Of a stretch of 55,362 nt of DNA, positions 24,301 to 38,259 are shown piece by piece. The stretch's first letter is position 1; each line of letters starts with the position of its first letter. The notes under the pieces are model-generated. The model did no database searches, was not told where the DNA came from, and saw only the letters and a list, made by a program, of their open reading frames with translations. A program made the position numbers and the translations under genes. The DNA comes from Octopus bimaculoides (lineage: Eukaryota). Location of the stretch: assembly GCF_001194135.2 (NCBI RefSeq), contig NC_068995.1, forward strand, positions 21,817,445 to 21,872,806, read 5' to 3'.

Positions 24301-24524
24301 TCCTTCAAATTTTGGCACAAGGCCTACAAATTTAGGAGAATGTATAGTTGATTACATTGACCCCGGTATTCAACTGCCAACCCCGGAAGGATGAAATTTT
24401 ACCGATCCCGGAAGGAGGAAATTCAAAATCAACCACAGTGGAATTTGAACTCGAATCATAGAGAGGGTCGAAATGCCTCTAAGCATTTTGCTCGTCATGT
24501 TAACGATTCTCCCAGCTCAATGCC
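24301..24524 (-). mobile_element. SINE family 1, full length, with internal duplication
   Basis: Reverse complement starts ggcattgagctgggagaatcgttaac; ccccggaaggatgaaa-like segment occurs twice. Confidence 0.8.
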
Positions 24525-25187
24525 TTAACAAATAAAAAAAATTAGGAGTAAACAAAACAGGTGATTCTGGATAATTGGATGCGTGGGTTTATATATTATG
24601 AATACTAATGTAGTGTTGATAAACTAGCTATTCATAAAATAATTGTGTTGATAGAGAAATGCAGAACGGTGTGATTATTTGATTAAATCTAATGAATTGT
24701 AGGAATGTTTTGTCAGCGTGCGCGAACGATTATTAAGGTAAGAAAATGTTTGTTCAAGTGTAATATATAGTAATGTAAAATAATACACTACAGTACAAGA
24801 TAATGCACTACAAATCATTATTACATGATACGAAATAATATAATACAATACGTATGATATGAAGTATAATACCTTATAAATTAATGTAGTTAATACATAT
24901 AAACGACATATGTCAATAGCAAAGAATATGTCTTTCCCTATAATACAATGCAAATATGACAGCTAGTAACTTGCTATAATTTAGAATGTAATGTGGAATA
25001 ACGAATAAAGAATGACAAGATGAACGAGAATGAAGATGACTATGAATATAGAATGCAGGCATGATACTATGAATTAAACGTAATCACAAACATACAGCGT
25101 ACTAATACACAAATAAACACAAACGCACGCACTCACGCTCGCGCTCGCGGGCACAAACACACACACACACAGACACACAGACACACA

Positions 25188-25231
<44 letters not shown>

Positions 25232-26084
25232 TTATCGACTGCACATACCGATTGTTTTGCTTCTTCACCGCAGCGCTGCGGTGCATACGTAAGATTAAAT
25301 TTAATTATGAATTAAAAGCAGTGCTAGCGTTGTAAATGATATCGACGCAAATACACAATTCAGATTGATAAATCACAAAAATGGTGAAATGTCGGTATCT
25401 ATCGCTACTGGATGAGACTGGTGGCGAGTTATCTCACCTGCCTATGATTTGCAGGTGTTTTAACGGCCAATGATATGAGAGAGTTGTCTCAATAGCACAC
25501 TTCCGCTGCGAACCGACTTAGAAGCAAAACACGTATAATTAGTACGTCGATGATATTTAGAACACAAACTCTTCTTTTATTTCATAATTAAATATTATAT
25601 GTGGGGGGGGGTATGTGCACGTGTGTGCGTGTGTGTTTGTGCATGTATGTTTGTATGTATGTATGCGTGTAGAGATATATGTATATAAGTAGATATGTGT
25701 ATAATTTACATATAAGAGACGGGAGAATCTGACATTAATTGCTAAGGTGACAACTTCAGTTGAGTACAGTTTAATTACATAGCATAAAGTATTTCGTATG
25801 TTCTTTTCAAAGGATGATTTGCATAATTGTTTATAAAACTAGGTAAAAGAAATAACACAAGGAGGTTAATGACCAGAATTTAGAACATTATGCTTCAAAA
25901 ATGGTGTACTGAATACAATATAAAATTGATCCATATTATTTTAGAAATTAACATGTGAAGCATTGCAACAATTATTACCGACAACCCGGAGGAAATGATC
26001 TAAAACTGCAGCAAAGTAAATAAATTTCTCGAGCGAATTTACATAGGTAGAAAGACTATTTGGAATTGTATGGGAGTTTTAAAC

Positions 26085-26465
26085 GAAAACGTGGCTCTAT
26101 GGTAGAAAGATTGCTTCCCAACCACATACACCTGGGTTCAGTCCCATGGCGTGGCACCTTCGGCATGTGTCTTCTACTATAGTATCGCAACGTCCATAGC
26201 CTTTGAAGTAGATTAGGTAGACGAAAACTAAAAGATGCCCCTCGCTCGCGTGCGCGCATTTGTGTGCTTGTATATGTGCTTGTCACACACAACCGCTTGA
26301 TAACCAGTCTTGCTGTGTTTACGTCTCTGTAACTAAGCGCCTCAGCGAAAAGAAGCCCATAAGATAAATACTGGAGGCGGTTAGCTGGAATAAAACCCTC
26401 AATGCGGTGCCCCTGCATGGCTGCAGTCTAAAGAATGCAACAAGTATAAGATAAAAGACAAAAGA
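26085..26465 (+). mobile_element. SINE family 2, full length
   Basis: Head gtggctctatggtagaaag...gggttcagtccc, central TG-rich linker, 3' ggcggtgcccctgcatggctgcagtc...ataaaagacaaaaga. Confidence 0.8.
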
Positions 26466-26772
26466 TATTACTCGCTCGGTTAGATTTCATCAGAAAAGTA
26501 CTGTTTCATCTTGATTGCTGATCTACAAATAACTTTTTATAAATACAGAACAAATTTATCCTTTGCCAGAGAAAAAAAAAAAAAAAATAATAATAATAAA
26601 GCTGAAGAGAAAGCTTAGTATATAGTGCGGGCTTCTAATGGGTAAAATATGACTATTTATAACATATTTGTTATATCTTGGGGTAAAATAACTTTACACC
26701 ATTAAACATGTAATAGCTAGGTTGTGTAAAACGTTGGATAGAGAATAAGGAGGAAATGCAGGGTTATCATTG

Positions 26773-27197
26773 TCGACGAGTTGGCAGAATTATTACCGTG
26801 TCGGACAAAATGCTTACCGGCGTGTCTTTCGCCTTTACGATCTGAGTTCAAATTCTACCGAGATCGATTTTGCTTTTCGTCCTTTCAGAATAGATACAAC
26901 ATGTATCAATTAACATTGGGATTGATTCGCTTACTTGGGCTTGCTGGCTTTGTGTCAATGAAACCAATAGATGCACATATATTTAGGCGGTGAGCTGGCA
27001 GAATCGCTAGCATCACGGACAAAATGCTTAGCGGAATTTCGGCCACTTTTACATTTTGAATTCAAATTTCACTGAAGTCAATTTGCCTTTTATCATCTCA
27101 CGGTCGATAAAATAGGCATCACTTGAACACTAGGGCTGATGTAACTGAATTAGACCGTCCCTTCAATTGCTGGGCTTGTACCGAAATTTGAAACCAA
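26773..27197 (+). mobile_element. Two head-to-tail SINE family 1 copies (26773-26970, 26986-27197)
   Basis: Both start g(g/a)cg-gag(c/t)tggcagaat, carry ga(g/a)ttcaaatt and end gaaaccaat. Confidence 0.8.
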
Positions 27198-27259
27198 TAT
27201 ATACACATATAGTTCCCTGTGTGTGAGCAAATATATGTCCATGTGTTTGAATTGTTGCA

Positions 27260-28514
27260 CAGGGTGCGATTCAATAGTCGACCAAATTACGCAAAAATAA
27301 AAATATCACTGACAACTCATTTTAACATATATTTACCAAAATTACATTAAAATATCTTGAAATACTCTTAGTAAACTTATTCAATAAAATCGCCATTGAC
27401 TTCAGCCACGGACTCTAAATGACTTCGGCATCTCATGCAACTCTTCTGGACGATTTTCTTGTTTAAGTTGGTGAATGCTGCCATAATCCTTGCCTTCAGT
27501 TCATCTTTGCTGTTACAAAGAGTTTTGTTTTTCTCTGGCTCAAATGAGCTCCACACATAGTAATGAAGGAGGTTGCTGTCTGCGGCGTGATGTGATCTCA
27601 GAAATTGTCTGACAGCCATGACTGGGTTCTCCTGCTTCTGTGGAATGGTGCAGAATCCTGTTGCCAGCCATAGGGCTTTCCATCAGCCACCCTGTTGACC
27701 TAGGGCAGCACTACCTACTCCAGACACTTGATGTATGCCTCCGTGTTGAGTCTGAGGTCGTGTGGGAAGACAAATGGAGTCATAACGTCGCCATCACTAG
27801 TGATCACTCCAAACACCATAATGTTGACTGCATGTTCGATTTCTATCACTCTCGGTACATGTTTGGGAGACGCGGAAAGCCAATGTTTGTTGTGGGTGTT
27901 CACCGTCTGATCCTGGCAGGAACTTTTCTCGTCTGAGAAAAATCAAAGCATGTTCGGTTGTAGGGGATCCTAGAGTTTGTTCAAAAGCTTCATAGCAGTC
28001 TTTCCTCTTCTCCTTAATGGCTCGAGATATAAACATTGGCCCTTTCTTATCTTATATCAAGATTACCGAATGTCTATGTGCACTACCAGCCTGATGAGAA
28101 AGCCAGAATCTCCCATATCCCTAGAGATGGATCTGATTGACGTGGAGGGATCGTTGTCAATCATGGCCTGGATCTCACCAACAATTTCAGCAGTTCTTTT
28201 CTTATCAGAACGATCAGCGTGAGTTTTTCGCGCCACCGTTATCTCCATTAGACTCATCCAACTATTTCCGAATCCTCTGCACTGTCTTCAGATTGACTCC
28301 CAAGCCTTCTGAAATGTTCGTATTGGAACTTCTGGTGCGAATACCAAGAAGTACGGCATATCGGTTCCAAATTACTGGAAGACTGAATACTATTTTTCTC
28401 GTATACGTACACAACTGAGCTACTATACTCTATAGTCGACAAAATCAAAGACAGGTAATGTGCATGCACGAAAGTAAAAATATATAATGGAGACAATTTA
28501 TCCATCGCACACTG
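27260..28514 (-). mobile_element. maT/DD37D-type (Tc1/mariner superfamily) DNA transposon with pseudogenised transposase
   Basis: Minus-strand motifs FFSDEK, NIMVFGVITSDGDVMTPFVFP, WQQDSAP, HYYVWSSFE...RCRSHLESVAEVNGDFIE*. Terminal inverted match cagggtgcgat / atcgcacactg. Multiple stops and frameshifts. Confidence 0.8.
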
Positions 28515-30839
28515 TGTGTGTGTGTGTTTTCATTATGCCTAGTGTGTGTTGCTGAGTAAACCTGTATTTCAAATGACGATTAAGATAACCTGTATGGTAA
28601 AGTGGGTAAGTTTAGTGAATTTGCCAGCTTGACAGGTATAGTGATAATAGTGGCTGGACTCGTATCATCAGCGGTCATTGTGTATGCCTTTCAACAGTTT
28701 TAAATGCATAACGAAAAGTGGAATATTTCAGAGGTAGATTTAGTTTGTGTGTGTTTGTGAATGTTATGTATACACGTGCGCGCAAACGCCATTGTCGTAT
28801 ATGGGTGTAGATGGCAATGCGTTTAATCATGATATAAAGAGAATAGATTCTCCTATTGAAGAGATTTGGTTTATATTCGCTTTCATTGAAGGTGTACTAG
28901 TATGTGTGAGCGTATGTGTATGCATATATGCTGTAAAATATAAATAAATGGGATTATAAACAAATATCTGAAAATTAGGTATAAAAATGAGAGAATAGAT
29001 GCGTTTAAAAGAAATAATAAAAAACAATAAAGGCCTCAGCGAAAATTGTAAAACTGAAATAGCGTTAGTAGTAAGAAAGTGAGATGTACAGGAGAACTAG
29101 AAAACTAACCGGAGTAAGGAGGTAGGATGGAAGGGACAAAGACGAGAGACATTGGAACATGGCTATCATGGCAATATAATAGTGAGTCGCTCAAAAGACA
29201 ATGGCTTGACTTCTATGCGTGAATAAAGCTAGGGGAATATGCAGAAGAGTTAACTAATTTCAAAGAAGCATAAAAAAACATTAGAGTGAAAGATAAGAAA
29301 TAATAGGTGAAACTGCCCCGTCTCCAGCTTGATATAAAACTGCCTGTATGTCTAGTTGCTAAAATGTTGGAAATCATCTACCTGTACAAAGATATGATGA
29401 TATCGGCAGAATATTAAGAAAAGGTTGCAAATACAGATGATAGCCGAAGGCTAGTTACGAGTGGAATTAATAATTGACAGGAGATGTAATTATATAGCTA
29501 CTATACACATTTAGATTCACGTATACAAGTATGAAGTAAGTGTTATACACACGTATAGTTATAAGGTTTTAAACTCAATAAGAATTAGAAAGCCTCACTT
29601 ACGCAGCTGAGATAAAGTAGAAGCTCCTAAATATCTAATTCAGCTATAAAATATCAATCTATGGTAAAAAAAAATAAAGAAACATCAAGCTATGCTAGCA
29701 AAACCTGACAGTCTTCTTGGTGCAGTTCAGAAAACCGGGATATTCTCTTCATTTCTCGATGGACTCTTTGCTACAGTTGACCGGTCAGCTTGAGAAGGCC
29801 TTCTCGGTTTATTGATGGACAAAGTTATATATTCTTGTTTTCAAGACAACCTGATATTAATAGCCAATTCTTTTATCTTAGCTATCATTCATTTTATTGT
29901 ACTTCCAGTAATCGACAAGTAAATGACATACAACCGAATAATGTTTGGATTCTGCTTCCTTTAGTTCGATGTTGGCTTTAGCTGCCTGATCTGATCTGAG
30001 CTCTAAACCGTTTTGTTATACGCGTTTTTCGATGTTTTGTTATCCATTATGTATGTATGTATGTATGTATGTTGGTAGTCAGACTCTTGCCTGGGGGTCT
30101 CAGGAGTTTGAGGAGTGTGGGACCAAATCTTAGCCACTATTGATACCAAGCTTACTATGATCAAGAGTAGAAAAACTTATCAGATTCCCAGGTACTGGTT
30201 AATTAACGTACTATGTTAATTAACCCAGCAGTGCATGCGCAGATTTGATCCTGCAAATACTAAATATTAAAAAAAAATCCTACTTTAGCTGTGAGAAAGG
30301 CAGTTACAACAACGCATTGTAGAAGGCAAAAAAGGGAGATAAGCTAAGTTAAACAATTTGGTGATTCGCTGCATACGTTTCCATTCTCAGTCCTCTTCAC
30401 CTGGTTTTGCCATTGGACAGAAGATGGTCACGATCGAAAGAATGATGTTGATGCTGCTCAAACTTTAAAAGGATTGTCCTCGTCGCTCCGATAACCGAAC
30501 ATGCGTGTTGCTTGTATGTACGATTTTATCCATGAACACACAAATATTGTATCATTATGAGGCACATGAACATTTTCTTTTATACTTCTTTATTAGAAGG
30601 CAAGCCACATGACGTTTATTAAATCTTTCATGCCATGTAATTGAAAATTCGATTGAAGGTTTTTCAAGATTTGGAACAATTTGGTAGTTTTGCGTTTTCT
30701 TTACTTCATATTACACACGCGCGCGCGCACACACATGTATATATGTTTGGCGTAAGAAATCTAAATTTTAAAAAAATAGTTTGTGAGTTCTTTTTGCTGA
30801 AACTGTCACCAGTTTCTAAGTAATATCGTTTTAGTAAAC

Positions 30840-31050
30840 CGGCAAGCTGGCCGAAACGTTACCACGCCGGCCAAAATGCTCAGCAGTACATCGTCTGACT
30901 TTACGCTCTGAGTTCAGATTCCGCTGAGGGCGACTTCGACTTTCATACTTTCGGGGTCGATAAGACAAGTATCAGTTTCGTACTAGGGTCGATCAAATCG
31001 ATTAGCCTCTTCCACAAAACTTTCGGGCCTTCTTCCTAGAGTAGAAAAGA
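30840..31050 (+). mobile_element. SINE family 1, full length
   Basis: ggcaagctggccgaaacgttaccacgccggcc...gagttcagattccgctgagg...ggggtcgataag...gggccttcttcctagagtagaaaaga. Confidence 0.85.
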
Positions 31051-32050
31051 ACAACTTTTTAGTACATTAGGCTATCATGTAGATAAGCATCTCGGATATA
31101 AACATGAGCTATTCGAGAAATGTTTCTAAAATATACATACACACAAGGACNNNNNNNNNNNNNNNNNNNNNNNNNNNNNNNNNNNNNNNNNNNNNNNNNN
31201 NNNNNNNNNNNNNNNNNNNNNNNNNNNNNNNNNNNNNNNNNNNNNNNNNNNNNNNNNNNNNNNNNNNNNNNNNNNNNNNNNNNNNNNNNNNNNNNNNNNN
31301 NNNNNNNNNNNNNNNNNNNNNNNNNNNNNNNNNNNNNNNNNNNNNNNNNNNNNNNNNNNNNNNNNNNNNNNNNNNNNNNNNNNNNNNNNNNNNNNNNNNN
31401 NNNNNNNNNNNNNNNNNNNNNNNNNNNNNNNNNNNNNNNNNNNNNNNNNNNNNNNNNNNNNNNNNNNNNNNNNNNNNNNNNNNNNNNNNNNNNNNNNNNN
31501 NNNNNNNNNNNNNNNNNNNNNNNNNNNNNNNNNNNNNNNNNNNNNNNNNNNNNNNNNNNNNNNNNNNNNNNNNNNNNNNNNNNNNNNNNNNNNNNNNNNN
31601 NNNNNNNNNNNNNNNNNNNNNNNNNNNNNNNNNNNNNNNNNNNNNNNNNNNNNNNNNNNNNNNNNNNNNNNNNNNNNNNNNNNNNNNNNNNNNNNNNNNN
31701 NNNNNNNNNNNNNNNNNNNNNNNNNNNNNNNNNNNNNNNNNNNNNNNNNNNNNNNNNNNNNNNNNNNNNNNNNNNNNNNNNNNNNNNNNNNNNNNNNNNN
31801 NNNNNNNNNNNNNNNNNNNNNNNNNNNNNNNNNNNNNNNNNNNNNNNNNNNNNNNNNNNNNNNNNNNNNNNNNNNNNNNNNNNNNNNNNNNNNNNNNNNN
31901 NNNNNNNNNNNNNNNNNNNNNNNNNNNNNNNNNNNNNNNNNNNNNNNNNNNNNNNNNNNNNNNNNNNNNNNNNNNNNNNNNNNNNNNNNNNNNNNNNNNN
32001 NNNNNNNNNNNNNNNNNNNNNNNNNNNNNNNNNNNNNNNNNNNNNNNNNN

Positions 32051-32098
<48 letters not shown>

Positions 32099-32179
32099 TT
32101 ATATGTATATATATATATATTGGTGTGTATATGTATATATGTATATATATATGTATGTTTGCATGTATGTATCTATGCA

Positions 32180-32392
32180 TGTATGTGTGTATTTATGTGT
32201 CAGTGTTTGTCCGCCCACTATCGCTTGGCAACTGATGTTGGTGACCTTACATCCCCGTAACTTAGCGGTTCGGTGAAACAGTCCGATATAGCGAGTACTA
32301 GGCTAGCAAAGAATAAGTCCTGGGGTATTTTGTTCGAATAAAGGCGGTGCTCCAGCATGGCCGCAGTCAAACGACTGAAACAAATAAAAGAA
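32180..32392 (+). mobile_element. SINE family 2, 3' half (5' half probably in the N gap)
   Basis: gtgtttgtccgcccactatcgcttggcaactgatg...aaggcggtgctccagcatggccgcagtcaaacgactgaaacaaataaaaga. Confidence 0.85.
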
Positions 32393-32486
32393 TATATTGC
32401 GTATATATAAACAACTACATATTTATGTGTATATATACATACGTACGTATGCGTGCACACATGCACACACACACATACACACACAT

Positions 32487-32527
<41 letters not shown>

Positions 32528-33513
32528 TATATTTTCATTATTCCTATACAAGAATGTTGTTGACTGCGATTTCGAAGTTTCGGACAGCTAAGCAATCGGT
32601 GGACGATGATTTGTACATTCTTGTAGAAGAAGAAAAAACTGTGTTCTACCATATCATGTTCAACTGCCTTACAACAAATTATATTGTTAGAAATGTCAAT
32701 ATTTCTGTAAAGTTTTCCCTAAGAGCTGCTGAAGAAATCATGAGATTCATTTGTAACTGCGATATACAGATTAGGTTAAGATCGCATAACCTTCGGAATT
32801 TCCACTAAGTCTTTGTAACATAGTAAATATGCGTAAACATGTACAAAAATATGCTGTGAAATAGTCAGCCCACACTAATTTCAGTAATACCGAACTGTTT
32901 GTCTGAACATAACCATTTGACACAGCTTAACTTACCCATGAGACAATTCCAATAAATTAGCATATCATTAGCATATGGTCTTTGAAATCAAAAAGTCATA
33001 AGTATTGCATGTTGTGATGGCAGGTAAATAGTTAGTAATTTCACTAAAATAAAGGGAAAATATGAAGCTACAATTGCTAGGGTTACATTAGGATATGCAA
33101 ATCTGTGTAACAATCCGTGCTGTGAGCTAGACATATACTGCATTGAGATCCAAATAAATTAATGCAGAAGGCTAAAATTACCCCAGTAATTCAATTTGGA
33201 ATGCCATTAGCTGTGACATAAAAGTTACTTAATTGTAAATGACACGCATCTGAAACCTTGATAATCCTAAACGGAACCAGCTACTTTGATTGACAGGACT
33301 AAATCCTGAAGACATAAAATAATTGCATTTTTCTATGATAATGCATATAAGGTTTATCTTTCGATGTTTTGTATTTGGTATTGTTAGTCATATTTTTCAT
33401 ACAAGCATGTATATGTGTACGTGTGTTTCTGGAGATACAGACACATACACCCACACGTTCACACGCGCACAAACAGCCTAACACGCTCACACACACACGC
33501 GCACGCACGCACG

Positions 33514-33544
<31 letters not shown>

Positions 33545-34961
33545 ATATATACACATATATATATCAAATAGATATCTTATAAAACTATTCCGCACATATA
33601 TTAACAGCCATACCAATGGATATTTATATACATACATNNNNNNNNNNNNNNNNNNNNNNNNNNNNNNNNNNNNNNNNNNNNNNNNNNNNNNNNNNNNNNN
33701 NNNNNNTATATATATATATATATATATATATGCGATACATATATATATAAACTGAAGCAAACTCACAAACACGCATACACATGTACACATGCACACGCTG
33801 ACCTATATTGGAATATTTATAATTTCTATTATATGCAATTATATGGGAATTGATATAGAATTCGGGAAGAAACCTTTTCGTGTTTCGTGCTAGCTTCAAT
33901 AAGTAATTGTTGTCATGTATGATGTACACCTGTTTCAATTCGGATATTTGGAAATTAACAGCTATGTGCTATTGACGATTATGTTTGGTGGGTTATTTCG
34001 CAACAGATTTTTGTACAGGTTTACTATGTTAGAAAGCTATAGTATATAATCTAAAAATGTGTAAGGTCTTACTTTTTGTTTATGACGCTTAATGCTGTCA
34101 CGGAAGAAGATCATCAAGTCTCTTGCAGCTCTGAAGTATAGAATACATTAGCGAAATATTGCCATTTCTAACAAGAATTATCATTGCATGATCGTTGAAA
34201 ATGACATGCCAAGGCCATAGAACACCTAGAGGCAACATTGTATAACTAATGCTATATCCAAATATAACAAGGTGATAAATGCGTTCACATACACACGATC
34301 GTGCAATCATATGCGCAAAAGTACAGGCAATCAAATACAAAATGTACATTCACGCACGCAGTCGAACGCTCTTATGTATGCGTGCGTCAGTAAATATATA
34401 TGTGTGAGTGTTTCTGTGCATACATACATTTTCTATTTATCGAAATGAATCAGGTTAAAGCAAAAACAAGGACGATATATCAAAATCTATCCATCTATCT
34501 ATCTATCAACGTATCTATCTGTAAACACATATATGTATATGTGTGTGTGTGTATGTGAGTGTACATACGTATATATATATATATATATATATNNNNNNNN
34601 NNNNNNNNNNNNNNNNNNNNNNNNNNNNNNNNNNNNNNNNNNNNNNNNNNNNNNNNNNNNNNNNNNNNNNNNNNNNNNNNNNNNNNNNNNNNNNNNNNNN
34701 NNNNNNNNNNNNNNNNNNNNNNNNNNNNNNNNNNNNNNNNNNNNNNNNNNNNNNNNNNNNNNNNNNNNNNNNNNNNNNNNNNNNNNNNNNNNNNNNNNNN
34801 NNNNNNNNNNNNNNNNNNNNNNNNNNNNNNNNNNNNNNNNNNNNNNNNNNNNNNNNNNNNNNNNNNNNNNNNNNNNNNNNNNNNNNNNNNNNNNNNNNNN
34901 NNNNNNNNNNNNNNNNNNNNNNNNNNNNNNNNNNNNNNNNNNNNNNNNNNNNNNNNNNNNN

Positions 34962-35028
<67 letters not shown>

Positions 35029-35324
35029 ACAGACGCATTCGCACACATATACACGTATATGTATACATATATATATGAATTCTTCGTACATATGTATATA
35101 TACATATATAATTTCAATACGGTGCAAATAATTCAGGAGGAAATATTTGCGAAGATATCTTTGACGCTATTATTATCTAGTGTAACAATTTTAAAACGAT
35201 AACAAAACAATCAATAATATAGGCAATTGTAGGCCCCACAAAAATATTAAATAGCTGAAGGATTGAAATTAATCAAAAGACATACCTAGTGTGTCCTTTG
35301 GTTAAGTTCAATCCTTCAGCTACA

Positions 35325-35382
<58 letters not shown>

Positions 35383-35763
35383 TATATAACATATAAACTC
35401 TAATAATTAAATAAAATGCACAGTTCATGAACATTTAGAAACCAAATTTAAATAAATACCCCAGCTGGGTTACATAGACGAACTAAAGCTAGAGAAATTA
35501 AAATAGGTGAGACATCTAAAACTATGGAATTTATAATTATCGAGGTTGGCTTAATATGAACTTGGAAACCTTTTATTCTTAACACGTAGAAGACAGAACA
35601 ATTTTTTCAATATCTCAGTTGTATAAAATTTTCTTTACTTATTATTACTGTTATTAGCCTGCCAGATTCAAATTTGAAAACAGTTATGTTCTACATGCTG
35701 TAGTTTGTATGCATGTTTAAACCTTGCATTCTAGCCGCTTGCGGTCAAATTAATTAATTACCT

Positions 35764-36643
35764 CCGCTCTACATCAATCTGGGTATGATGAAGCAGTTTG
35801 TCAAATCATTAAATACTGATGGTGAATGCTTCAAACACATAGTCTCTGCACTCCCTGCTTTGTCCTTCGTGAAGATCAAGACAGGTGCGTTTAATGGACC
35901 GCAGATTCGTACGCGTGTACGTGATCAAGATTTTGGCAAAAGGACTGTATGGCTTTAATTCGTGGTGGTAATAGAAAACTTTCTTTGTAATAACAAGGCT
36001 AAGAACTATGAGACTGATGTAGCCAGTATGTTGTCAGTTTTTCGTAATCATGCATGTAACATGAGTGTCAAGCTCCGTTTCTCGTACAGTCATCTTCATA
36101 GATTTACTGAGAACCTAGGAGCAGTATGTGACGAACAAGGCGAGCAGTTCCATCAGGACCTCTAGACCATAGAAAAGCGTTACCAAGGAAGATCGGACAA
36201 ACATATGATGGCAGACAACTGCTGGATGCATTAAGTGAGATTGCCTTGAGACAGTCCACAAAGGCAAGAGCTTCAAGCGCAATTTCTTGCGTGAATAGAC
36301 TGGAAACGAGCTTTGTCTCCTCATAGTAACTAATGTCTTATTTATGAATCAGTTTTATATAAACAATTGCTTATTAGGGAAATTAATTGTGTTCTTAAAT
36401 AAATTAATACTATTTTGCATTTTTTTTATTACCCAGCTAATTTAAGGAGTTAAATCACATTTCTCCAAATAGACTATGACATCAATGTGATGAAGACGAA
36501 ACTTCGAGACTTTGAAATACCTTGACTGCAAACAATTTAGAGCATTCAGGATATAACCAACTTCAGATGTGAAATCTGTGCACTCAAATTATGTGTTACC
36601 AAGTACTGATAACAATGCAACAAAAGAAATTGTTTGACTAGTG
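35764..36643 (+). mobile_element. DNA transposase C-terminal remnant plus 3' end, probably Chapaev3 (CMC superfamily)
   Basis: PLYINLGMMKQFVKSLNTDGECFKHI...FNGPQIR, CNMSVKLRFSYSHLHRFTENLGAVCDEQGEQFHQDL, KRYQGR...MMADNCW. Right end ...aattgtttgactagtg gives a CACTAG terminus. The superfamily assignment is from memory of the motifs. Confidence 0.6.
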
Positions 36644-36858
36644 TTATCTTTTAATCAGTCACACAGACGCACACACGTGTGTGTGTGTATGTGTGTGTGT
36701 GTGTGTGTGTTTGTGTGTGTGTTTGTGTATGTGTGTGTTTGTGTATGAGTGTGCGTGTGTGTGTGTGTGTTAGATAAAATGAAACACAAAGACCTGCCTT
36801 AAAGCAGCTAGATAATTCAATGGAATTTACAAAATAATAAATAGATAGATAGTTAAAC

Positions 36859-37152
36859 GTGGAGGCTCAGTGGTTAGGGCAGCGGTCGGAGGATCGTGGT
36901 TTTGATTCCCAGACCGCGTGTTGTATGTGTTTATTGAGCGAAAACACCTAAAGCTCCAAGAGGCTCCGGCAGGGGTGGGGCGGCGACCCCTGTATTCTTT
37001 CGCTCCAACTTTCTCTATCTCTTTCTTCCTGTTTTTTTCAGTAACGCTGTGATAGACTGGCGTCCCGTTCAGCTGGGGGGGGGTACCCACATAAGCCATA
37101 GAAACCTGGGAAACCGGGCCCATGAGCCTGGCTAGGCTTTAAAAGGGCGAAA
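36859..37152 (+). mobile_element. tRNA-derived SINE family 3 variant (different central domain)
   Basis: ggctcagtggttaggg head and ggttttgattccc B box. The 3' segment gactggcgtcccgttcag...gccatagaaacctgggaaaccgggccc resembles that of 23931. Confidence 0.75.
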
Positions 37153-38169
37153 AAAAAAGTTAGTTAAACAAAAGTTGTGATTCGACATTTTCCTCTGTGG
37201 TGTTTATTAGACACTCATAATAAGCGTTAACAACCACATTAACGGAAATGCATGTACTTAATTCGAAGACATAATTTTGATTCCTCGGATATTTTGAACA
37301 CTTATTTGTACATGAAAATCCAATGGTAATCAAAATCCTGCGTCGAACTGCTGATCAAATGATATTTTCTAATGAAGTTAATGTTAATTATTATCGTGAT
37401 AACTATTATTGTCTAGTTAATATAAGCATCTATTAGCTTCCTTAAGCTCCATGTGCAAAACTGTAGTCAATTTAGAGGAGGAGGTTTAAGAGTCATATAA
37501 TACACGCCATTATTATTTAGTTTCTTCTGCCTCTCATCAGACACACATAGACATATACACATATATTCAAAAACAAATAGGTGGAAAAAAAACCTCTAAG
37601 CTTCTACCCCATAAACGCCCCTGCATTTTATTCAACACCAAGGTTAGAGCACAAAAAATTATTAGAAATATTTGTATTTCCGACATGTTCAGCAGCTGAC
37701 ATGTGTTTGCTTAAATATGGTGGATGGAAAAAATAGGGAAGTGTTGGGGAGGGAGGATTATTAGATATGTTCACCTGTTTTCTGAAACTATATGTATGTG
37801 TGTAGAGGTGTGAGTTTGATGAGAAGGAGAGGAAATAAATTTGAAGGAACGAGTATTATATGAATATGAAACTACTTCCACTAAATGTGTTACTGTTTTA
37901 TGCATAGGGCTTAAGTAAGAGTGAGGGAGAGTCTCTAGGTAACTCAAGCCAGGCTGGTGGGGTTTTCTGTATCCCTGAATCAGAAGGAAAGCACATGCCC
38001 GTGTAGAGTGATTTGATAGTGTTAGGGTGGCTTTCTGTAGACAATAGTGCTTGAGGCATATGCGTGTGATGTTAAAAGCAATATTGCCTAAAGGAATGAC
38101 AAAGCATAACGCTGTACGGCTCGAAGAACTTATAGTACTTATGGATTCTATGTAAATGGTTCTTGACAG

Positions 38170-38259
38170 AAAACTTCCTGGATTGTTGATAGAAGCTTCT
38201 TGGTTACATGATAGATCGAAGCAGATTATTTTTCTGATTCTATTGCGATGGGAAATGGG
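38170..38259 (+). CDS. Weak candidate symmetric 90-nt exon (KLPGLLIEASWLHDRSKQIIFLILLRWEM)
   Basis: ttcttgacag|A...GG|gtgagt; consensus donor, only one frame open; no homology recognised. Confidence 0.2.

Noticed and set aside
26986-27070. tRNA-like A/B boxes here and in other SINE heads
   Set aside because: No cloverleaf, and they continue into SINE bodies; not tRNA genes.
32347-32808. 153-aa ORF
   Set aside because: The first half is SINE tail and (CA)n. The remaining 85 aa has no recognisable motif and only weak splice signals.
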